64,000 bases of DNA from a virus (Duplodnaviria > Caudoviricetes), in the IMG/VR virus record IMGVR_UViG_2654587921_000002, positions 15,023 through 79,022 of that record. One strand, 5' to 3'. Each line of letters begins with the position of its first letter. Position 1 is the stretch's first letter. The position numbers were made by a program, and so were the translations under genes. Shown piece after piece: positions 57,411 through 64,000 of the stretch. The notes beneath the pieces were generated by a model. It saw only the letters and a program-made list of their open reading frames with translations, searched no databases and was not told the origin of the DNA.

Positions 57411-57553
57411 GTTTGTACCTTCTTTCTTCGGCTCTTGGCCGATAAATATTCCGTTTGGGCAGGGTTCTCCTGGCCCTAAATCATCGGGACATTCTCCCCC
57501 ATAGTTCAGTAATCCTGGGCAGTTTGTTGGACATACCCATCTTTCATCGCTGA

Positions 57554-58363
57554 TCATGCAGGCATTAACTCAGTATAATGAATAATTTTATCGACTTTCT
57601 TAGTTGCCCGGCAGTACTCGCACCGCTCGCACCTGACAGGCGGTTCCTTGCCTGCCTTTACCGCAATAATCCGCGGCATGTTTTCCCGGATTTTATTTAA
57701 CTCCTCCTGCACTCGGTCATGATCCGTCAGGTCGATGATTGCATGGTCAGGAACCTTTTCCTTTGACACGGCGATGCAGTAAAAGTCTCGCCAATTGTCC
57801 CGGCCTCGGGCAATTCTCTCAACTTCGGAGTAAACAGCAACCTGAATCATATACTGCCATTCCTCAATAAAAGATACATATTTTCTGATCTCATCGGACC
57901 AGACATGCTCGGTGATTGACTTAGTTGTTTTTAGGTCCAGCAGGTAATTTAATCCTGGATTATCAACGTCAATTTTTACTTTCCATGGGATGCCGAACAT
58001 TTCGGCGGTTAAGATAATTTCTTTGCGCCCCTGCAGGTAAAACATAACTTTGGGATCATTAGCCAGGCAGGCAATCATTTCATCAGCATGCCGGTACTCG
58101 GACTTTAATTCTCCCTTGGTAGGGCCCTTTGACGAAATAATCTCCGGATGGTCACAGATGAATTTTTCTAATGCATCCGGACCCTCTGCCCAGCAGTGCA
58201 CATATTGGCCTACAAGCAGGGCTGTTTTATCTTCGGGCTCATATTCGCCTTTCAGATTCGCTAGCGTGGCGGCTTCGCAGGAGATCCAATTTTTATATTG
58301 GCTGACAGACATATAATGCAAGTTCGCGGCTTGGCTATGGTAATTTCCAGCGGTTAACTGCAT
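57554..58363 (-). CDS. PD-(D/E)XK exonuclease (DUF3799 type)
   Basis: MSVSQYK, KVKID, DLKTT, Y.IQ.AVY, CERCEYC. Confidence 0.9.
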   Translation of the reverse strand: MQLTAGNYHSQAANLHYMSVSQYKNWISCEAATLANLKGEYEPEDKTALLVGQYVHCWAEGPDALEKFICDHPEIISSKGPTKGELKSEYRHADEMIACLANDPKVMFYLQGRKEIILTAEMFGIPWKVKIDVDNPGLNYLLDLKTTKSITEHVWSDEIRKYVSFIEEWQYMIQVAVYSEVERIARGRDNWRDFYCIAVSKEKVPDHAIIDLTDHDRVQEELNKIRENMPRIIAVKAGKEPPVRCERCEYCRATKKVDKIIHYTELMPA

Positions 58364-58520
58364 ATTCGCATTTCCTTCAGCAATTTGCAGAAATACTCGG
58401 CAGCTGCAGGACCATATTCTGCTGGCTCGCCATACTCGGCAGCAAAAGACTCCGGATTTTCTTCATATCGCCTCATCCATTCAGTGAAAACTGCCGCCAT
58501 TTGCTCTTTAGTTAAGTTCA
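58356..58520 (-). CDS. Small hypothetical protein (54 aa)
   Basis: GAGGTG RBS; MNLTKEQMAAVFTEW... Confidence 0.5.
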
Positions 58521-58530
58521 TAAATACACC

Positions 58531-59100
58531 TCATTTCTTATCGAAGTAACATGCCGCCAAATCTGCCAGGTGCAGAGCCACCGCCAACGGATGTCCATTA
58601 AAAGCCTTACTCATTACCTGCCTGGTCGCATAATCCGTATCAGATAAGCCCATATGCCAGCGAATCGCCATGACCTCTTCCAAAGTGAGGCGAATCATCT
58701 GCTGGAGTATAATCACGGACTTTTCGCCGTGCCCTAATGGAATCTGGTCATCAATGGCATAAAACGGAAGTGAGTGCCAGCCGGTAAGCTGTTTGCCGTC
58801 CACGATAGGGTCTTTTTTGTTTCGCATTTCGACCTTATAGAAATTGGCTTTACAAAGATCATGCAGTAAAGCTGTGATTGCAATAGAGTCCTGTTTGTCC
58901 GCTAGATATAACGGTGCAAGCTTTGTCAGGTTGTCAAACACAGCAAGAGAATGTTCCAGTAATCCGCCTTCCTTCGCGCCGTGGTATTGAGTGCTGGCCG
59001 GTGCCGTAAAGAAGTCCGTTTTCTCTGACAGGTAAGTAATAACGTTCTCAATCCCTGGCCGCTGTGTTTCGCGGAGTAAATTTACAAATCTGTCCTTCAA
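58531..59100 (-). CDS. HD-domain hydrolase
   Basis: APAST.YHG...GGLLEHSL, LLHDLCK, GHGEKS, RWHMG. Confidence 0.92.
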   Translation of the reverse strand: MKDRFVNLLRETQRPGIENVITYLSEKTDFFTAPASTQYHGAKEGGLLEHSLAVFDNLTKLAPLYLADKQDSIAITALLHDLCKANFYKVEMRNKKDPIVDGKQLTGWHSLPFYAIDDQIPLGHGEKSVIILQQMIRLTLEEVMAIRWHMGLSDTDYATRQVMSKAFNGHPLAVALHLADLAACYFDKK

Positions 59101-59771
59101 TCCATTACCTCCACTTCTTTAACTTGAGACTCCCGCCATGCCCGCTCGGCAGCCGATTCGGCGCGGTCAGGCGTGACATTAATCATGTCTTCGCGCTCAT
59201 CCCGCGAATACAAACCCATTGTGAGTTCCGGTGCATGTGTCCGGATCAGGAATGCCGCTGCTCGGTACTGAAGCATAACCTCGGGCATGGTTTTCCACTT
59301 ACTGCCGTTTTTGCCATGCCAGCCTTCACCCTTGGCCATTTCAATGGTGACCCTGGGGCCGACCAGTTTTTCACCAGTGGATAATTCGGTCATATGCGCC
59401 CGGCAGCCCCAATCGTCCTGGCCTTCGGTACCAACCCACTCATAACGGATTTTTGAATACCGGCCGCACTCGTTAGCAATGGCAATCAGGAACTTACTGG
59501 ACCAGTTTGGCTTGCCTTGAATAACATCCAGGTTCTGCATAACCATCATGGCGTTTATCCCAAAGCGCTGGGCATATTCAAGGGCTATAAAGCAGTTTTC
59601 CGGTTTGTTTTGGTAAACTGCTGGAATAATAGTAGATTTGGACATTAACTCAGCTACTTGTTTTAATTGTCCGTAATTGCCGCCGGTTAAGGCGATAGAT
59701 GACGATGCTTCAGGTATTTCTGCCGGCAGCGATTGTTCGGATTCTGACTCGGTGTCAAATATATCACTCAT
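59097..59771 (-). CDS. RecT/Bet-like single-strand annealing protein
   Basis: PENCFIAL, MQNL.VIQGKP.W, W..MPE.ML.YRA. Confidence 0.82.
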   Translation of the reverse strand: MSDIFDTESESEQSLPAEIPEASSSIALTGGNYGQLKQVAELMSKSTIIPAVYQNKPENCFIALEYAQRFGINAMMVMQNLDVIQGKPNWSSKFLIAIANECGRYSKIRYEWVGTEGQDDWGCRAHMTELSTGEKLVGPRVTIEMAKGEGWHGKNGSKWKTMPEVMLQYRAAAFLIRTHAPELTMGLYSRDEREDMINVTPDRAESAAERAWRESQVKEVEVMD

Positions 59772-59878
59772 CGTTTTCCTCCTTTTCTATGGGCTCCGGC
59801 TCATCCGGTGCAAAATACTCATCCTGGCAGTCACGGCAGCAGAACTCCTGGTAATATTGCACCGGCCGGCCGCAGTTT

Positions 59879-60142
59879 TTACAACGTGCCATTACGGGCC
59901 CTTTCCCACATCTGATTTGTGGGGTTCTTTTCCTCAACCCAGCCTTGGCCTTCGCGGTAATCAAGATTGCCAGCATATATTTCCTCGCTTTTCTTGCCTG
60001 ACCATTCGCCGGGGCAATCTGTAGTTAAACTGCCTTCCATTAGACCGCAAACCTTGCAAATTGATAAGCCGCCATCGCATACCATGCATCCTGGCTCGCC
60101 ATTACAATTACAGTCCTTTGGTTCTCTATATTGATGGTCCAT
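59879..60142 (-). CDS. Small Cys-rich phage protein
   Basis: C..C.GGL.IC..CG..EGSL.T.CPG. Confidence 0.65.
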   Translation of the reverse strand: MDHQYREPKDCNCNGEPGCMVCDGGLSICKVCGLMEGSLTTDCPGEWSGKKSEEIYAGNLDYREGQGWVEEKNPTNQMWERARNGTL

Positions 60143-61482
60143 TATCCAGCAGCCTCCGACGCCTTAATCTCGCCATCCTCAATGTAAATGCCGACCGTAG
60201 AATCAGTACTGACGCTTGTTGTCCAAACCTGGAAGTCATTCACCGTTGCCATTTCTTCCACAATCTTTCTTTGGTCTGGATCCAGTGATTCGTAACCATC
60301 AATCATAACCACTCTGAGCTCTGGATTCGCTGCCATGCCTACGCCCATGCCGACACGAATTTTCTGGGCGCTGCTGGCCTGGCTGAATGGCTTGCCTTCG
60401 AAGGTTACGCCGCCGCCCGCGAAGTCCAGGCCCGGCACTGGGAATTTGGTGTTCTTGATAATCTCGGCTTTATAGTCAACAATTTTCTTGAGTTTCGCAG
60501 ACAGATCGTCCGACTCGGTTTGGTGCTTGGCGACTTCGGCCGCTTTAGCCTGGCGGTCCTTGTACTGCTGGGCTTGTTTATTGGTTTCGTCGGCCTTGGC
60601 AATCCGCTCATTAATATCAGTCAAGTCCTCGTCTTGCTTGGAATCAATAACAGCCTTTGCCACCTTCAATGCTTGCTCCTGAGCAGATATTTGATTTTCT
60701 TGCTCTACCAGGCTTTTCTTGGCGGCTATTAGTCTGCTTTCAAGATCGCTGATGATTTCCGATGTTGCTGTTTTGTTGGACCGCAATGCAGCTAAATGTC
60801 TTTCTTGGTCTTGATACTCAGCTAAACGATTCGCATTATCCCTGTTAACTTTTTCTAGCTTCTCCTTCTCCGCCACCAATTCTGTCAGTAAAACCGGCTC
60901 AACCTCGGCAACCTCCGGGATACTCTCCAGCGCTTTTTTGGCCTTGTCCAAGTCTCGGTTAACTGCCGTCCGGCTCTCATAAACCGACTTATAAGCCGCA
61001 TTCAGCATGTCCAGCGGATTCGGGCTTTCCTCAATGACTACACCGGATATGTCCGTTAGTTTCGCCGCGTCAACCTTCAATTCAACAACCTTCAGCAACA
61101 TGTCAACCTGTTTTTTGGGATCCTTCTCTTTAGAAAACTCCATCGGATTAAATGCGATCTTGCCGACCAGTTTATCCAGCAGTGTCTGGGGCGAAGGGTA
61201 TTTCGCACCGTCCCGGGTTTCGACCTTTAGAGTGCCGCCAGCTTTAGTTATTGTTCGGGTGACGATGATATCACCAAGATCGACAACTATTTTCCCTTTG
61301 TCGGCGCCTTCTCGGAGAGCTTCGTCCCATTTTGTGCCACACAACGCCGTACCGATAGCGTCCAGTACTGTGGTTTTACCTTGTTCGCATTTGCCGGTAA
61401 TTTCGATCATGTTACCCTGTGGAATAATCTCAATGGCCTTTAACTTCTTAAAGTTTTCGGCTACTAACTTAACAATTTTCAT
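60142..61482 (-). CDS. SMC/Rad50-like ABC ATPase
   Basis: ENFK, Walker A GKCEQGKT, long coiled coil, signature FSQASSAQ, Walker B VMIDG; start at ATG 61482 after GGAGG. Confidence 0.9.
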   Translation of the reverse strand: MKIVKLVAENFKKLKAIEIIPQGNMIEITGKCEQGKTTVLDAIGTALCGTKWDEALREGADKGKIVVDLGDIIVTRTITKAGGTLKVETRDGAKYPSPQTLLDKLVGKIAFNPMEFSKEKDPKKQVDMLLKVVELKVDAAKLTDISGVVIEESPNPLDMLNAAYKSVYESRTAVNRDLDKAKKALESIPEVAEVEPVLLTELVAEKEKLEKVNRDNANRLAEYQDQERHLAALRSNKTATSEIISDLESRLIAAKKSLVEQENQISAQEQALKVAKAVIDSKQDEDLTDINERIAKADETNKQAQQYKDRQAKAAEVAKHQTESDDLSAKLKKIVDYKAEIIKNTKFPVPGLDFAGGGVTFEGKPFSQASSAQKIRVGMGVGMAANPELRVVMIDGYESLDPDQRKIVEEMATVNDFQVWTTSVSTDSTVGIYIEDGEIKASEAAG

Positions 61483-61559
61483 TTGTACCTCCACGCATAA
61501 TTTACCAGGAATATACATATACTAAACTGGGGAAGTCCGGCCCATTGGCGAAGCCAAAA

Positions 61560-61793
61560 TTATTTGTTCTGGTCGATATACTTAACGATATCGCCAATAG
61601 GCTTGCCAATCAGGTCCAGCGCCTCGTTATCCGGAATTTCAATGCTATACTCTTCTTCAATCTCCATAACCAATTCAACTAAATCCAACGAATCTGCGCC
61701 AAGGTCGTCCAATTTAGCTTTTTTGGTTACTTCCGCAGGGTCGCAGCCTAACTGCCCAACAATTAACTCTTTAACTTTTTCGAATGTGGTCAT
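61560..61793 (-). CDS. acpP: Acyl carrier protein (phage-encoded)
   Basis: [14 protein letters not shown]...[24 protein letters not shown] with the phosphopantetheine Ser intact; AAGGAG RBS. Confidence 0.93.
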   Translation of the reverse strand: MTTFEKVKELIVGQLGCDPAEVTKKAKLDDLGADSLDLVELVMEIEEEYSIEIPDNEALDLIGKPIGDIVKYIDQNK

Positions 61794-62064
61794 ATGATCG
61801 TCTCTCCTTATACTTTTTTACTCTCCGATGTACTGCTGATTGGTCCATACCATATATCTCACCAATTTCGCTGTAAGGGATTTTCTGTTTACGCAGTTTA
61901 ATCATGTCCTCAGTGTCGGAATCTGTTAAATCACATCGGTTATTATGCTGTGTCGTCACCCCGCACACATAATCCAGTGCCCGTTCAACGGTGTACTTCG
62001 GTGATATTAACGCAAGCGCAAATGCACACCAATTCACGTCATTTAATACCGCGGCCGCTCTCAT
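61771..62064 (-). CDS. Hypothetical protein with C-terminal HTH
   Basis: [22 protein letters not shown]. Confidence 0.7.
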   Translation of the reverse strand: MRAAAVLNDVNWCAFALALISPKYTVERALDYVCGVTTQHNNRCDLTDSDTEDMIKLRKQKIPYSEIGEIYGMDQSAVHRRVKKYKERRSYDHIRKS

Positions 62065-62333
62065 GTGATATCCACCAATTCGGCGTATCTGACCGGCACC
62101 TCGCCGGTAAACACATCAGTTGATACATATACCTTAGGCGGCTCCTGGCATCTTAAAATAGGCGGCTTGCAATTCTGGCAAACAAATTTACTGTCTCCTT
62201 GCGGGTAAAATTTCAGGCCTGATGTTAAACTAACTCCACAACAACGGCAACGAATATGTTTCATGGCACTACTTCGCACCTCCAAACAGATCATGTAACA
62301 CCCTGGGGTTATAATGCCGCTCACTTTCCACAT
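62061..62333 (-). CDS. Small CxxC protein
   Basis: CRCC, CQNC; true start likely MKHIR. Confidence 0.45.
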   Translation of the reverse strand: MWKVSGIITPGCYMICLEVRSSAMKHIRCRCCGVSLTSGLKFYPQGDSKFVCQNCKPPILRCQEPPKVYVSTDVFTGEVPVRYAELVDIT

Positions 62334-62658
62334 AGTTAGACCGCTTTTTCATCTCACCGCGAACTCGGTCTAATTCATTGAAGAACGGATTGTTTTTTGC
62401 CACCAATTCAGACAGTGGTTTTATAATCCGAATCGCATCATCCGCGTTTCTCCGGCGTCGTGACCATTCTCTTAGTAGCCTTATTAGTTTCCTGTCTTCA
62501 GTGCGGGTGGTTTTGTTAAATTCCGCATAATGCCGGATATCGCAAATTGCTTTATCGCTTAGGCTGTATTCTTCTTCAAGACTTTTTAATGCAGCCGGCA
62601 GTGTCCGGACAACAGAGGCAAAATCATCAGTTAGTTTTCGAATCTCTGATGGGGTCAT
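62269..62658 (-). CDS. Hypothetical coiled-coil phage protein
   Basis: D..HY.E......R.RR..DD...Y.PR motif. Confidence 0.7.
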   Translation of the reverse strand: MTPSEIRKLTDDFASVVRTLPAALKSLEEEYSLSDKAICDIRHYAEFNKTTRTEDRKLIRLLREWSRRRRNADDAIRIIKPLSELVAKNNPFFNELDRVRGEMKKRSNYVESERHYNPRVLHDLFGGAK

Positions 62659-62909
62659 TGAAGGCCGACCTTGTGCGCCGCTTTCTTTACGCAATCCGGG
62701 CAGAGTCTTACAGCATCCAGACTAACCAAGCCATCAGCGCTCCCGCACACGACGCAGCCAGGGTTATATTTTCTGAGAATGATTCGGTCACCATCGACGA
62801 AGATTTCGAGCGGGTCCTTTTCTTCTATATCCAGTGTCCGGCGCAACTCGCGGGGAATAACTACGCGGCCGAGTTCGTCCACTTTACGGGTAATGCCAGT
62901 AGACTTCAT
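62655..62909 (-). CDS. AbrB/SpoVT-family regulator
   Basis: MKSTGITRKVDELGRVVIPRELRRTL. Confidence 0.93.
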   Translation of the reverse strand: MKSTGITRKVDELGRVVIPRELRRTLDIEEKDPLEIFVDGDRIILRKYNPGCVVCGSADGLVSLDAVRLCPDCVKKAAHKVGLQ

Positions 62910-62997
62910 ACGTAAACCTCCCATTGTTATTTGATTTTCAATGTGCTAAAATATCCGTAAGTATTTTTTGTTAGGCGCTTCTAAAGAGCGTCTTTTT

Positions 62998-63201
62998 TTA
63001 TTTGCATTTTTCGTTATACGCCGCAACGATGTTCGCCAGCAGGATTTCATCTGCATTATCCAGCGGCTGGCCGTTACGCTCCCGGACAAACCAAAACGCT
63101 GGCCCGCCCTTGAACCCGATACCGAATTTCTTTTTGTCGTAACGGGCCATGGCTAACTTCTGAGAAAACGGCGTAAAGGGGCTTGGCATATTTTCTGGCA
63201 T
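62998..63201 (-). CDS. Hypothetical protein
   Basis: GGAGTG RBS; ORF track. Confidence 0.55.
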   Translation of the reverse strand: MPENMPSPFTPFSQKLAMARYDKKKFGIGFKGGPAFWFVRERNGQPLDNADEILLANIVAAYNEKCK

Positions 63202-63205
63202 ATTT

Positions 63206-63490
63206 TCACTCCTTCCAGTAATTTATGGTTAACCGGTCCCCCGGATGAATCAGCCCATACGGCTGCCTGTCCTTAAACACGGCGTCCCAGTTCTCCTGGA
63301 TGATTCCCTCACGGAACTCACGAACGTCGCGCCTGACGGCTGATTTGGCCATATAACGCAAGGATATTGCGTCCAGAGTGTCACCGGATTTTACCGTATA
63401 GGTTTCTGTCACCAGGTGGCCCTTCGGCCCTGCATTACCGCAACTGGCCACAGCTAGGGCGATTAGGCCAGCAATTACAATCCGTTTCAC
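63206..63490 (-). CDS. Exported LysM-domain protein
   Basis: Signal/lipobox VASC, YTVKSGDTL, LIHPGD.L. Confidence 0.85.
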   Translation of the reverse strand: MKRIVIAGLIALAVASCGNAGPKGHLVTETYTVKSGDTLDAISLRYMAKSAVRRDVREFREGIIQENWDAVFKDRQPYGLIHPGDRLTINYWKE

Positions 63491-63805
63491 TTACTACCAA
63501 CCCTCCCGCATGGTTTTAACTCAAATAGCACACGCGCCTGACAATCATACTCAGGCTGGCAATCCGGCCGGCAGTCACCGTCGCATTTTTGGCGGTTACA
63601 GTGATTGACACATTCTGTGCACTGACAGTCAGTCGGCCAGTTATCCGGTACGTACTGAGTTTTCACTGCTTGTCCCTCCCTTGTATAGAGTCATAAACCT
63701 GATTCCAATCTGCTTCACATTTCTTGCTGTATCGTCGCCAGCCGATCGCGTGTCCGAGTATTCCAGCAACCAGCACTGCAGGGATTAACCACCACCACTC
63801 AATCA

Positions 63806-64000
63806 CTACCCAACTCCTCTCGCCACGTACCGCGTGGCATTTTTATATACCGTTGGCATATGCTTGCTTTTTAAATTAACTACCAGCCGAGGGTAACAGG
63901 TAAACTGGTCGCTGCAAACGGGCTTGTCCTGGATACATTCATTTGTTAGTTGCTGGCAGCAATCCTCGCGCAGCTCACGGCCGCAGTTTATGCATTGCAT
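63806..64000 (-). CDS. Cys-rich hypothetical protein (may start at the window edge)
   Basis: CINC...CC...C...C. Confidence 0.4.
   Translation of the reverse strand: MQCINCGRELREDCCQQLTNECIQDKPVCSDQFTCYPRLVVNLKSKHMPTVYKNATRYVARGVG

Larger units (their letters stand above)
11809..64000 (-). mobile_element. Temperate prophage with lambda-like head/packaging and P2-like contractile tail, integrated at tRNA-Gly; continues beyond the window
   Basis: Ordered replication, packaging, head, tail and lysis modules ending at a tRNA 3' duplication. Confidence 0.93.

Noticed and set aside
61560-61793. Host fab operon marking the prophage boundary
   Set aside because: Flanked on both sides by phage early genes; no fabG, fabF or plsX nearby.

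Overview
The window holds most of a temperate prophage, read mainly on the minus strand from >64000 down to an att site at 11809-11853, plus part of a second integrated island to its left (1-11808). The host is a Firmicute: there is a Gram-positive LexA box, strong GGAGG RBSs and SpoIIIE/SpoIIIAC-like genes. A diderm Negativicutes host is inferred only from the spanin-like lysis pair. Prophage order from right to left: early/recombination genes (AbrB, acyl carrier protein, SMC-like ATPase, RecT-like, HD, PD-(D/E)XK, DUF669, SF2 helicase, VRR-NUC, C5 methylase, primase-DUF927 with downstream iterons); accessory and late-regulator genes; a lambda-like packaging/head module (cos region, Nu1/GpA terminase, gpW, lambda portal, protease-capsid fusion); a P2-like contractile tail; lysis; and a 10-kb accessory end (S8 protease pair, twin-promoter small-gene arrays with a hammerhead-like RNA, SOS-boxed gene plus Ku, FtsK module, HTH regulators). 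The integrase and intact tRNA-Gly are not in the window. The left island has an SF3-like ATPase, a metallophosphoesterase-STAND candidate defence gene, an XRE regulator, zinc-ribbon-headed membrane genes and pseudogenes, and an AAA_24/PD-(D/E)XK/RavA-like cluster. Most notable: the hammerhead-fold RNA in the twin-promoter array, the S8 protease followed by a free copy of its own prodomain, a phage ACP next to an SMC-like ATPase, and two overlapping lysis ORFs. All family assignments come from motif recognition by eye; no database searches were run.
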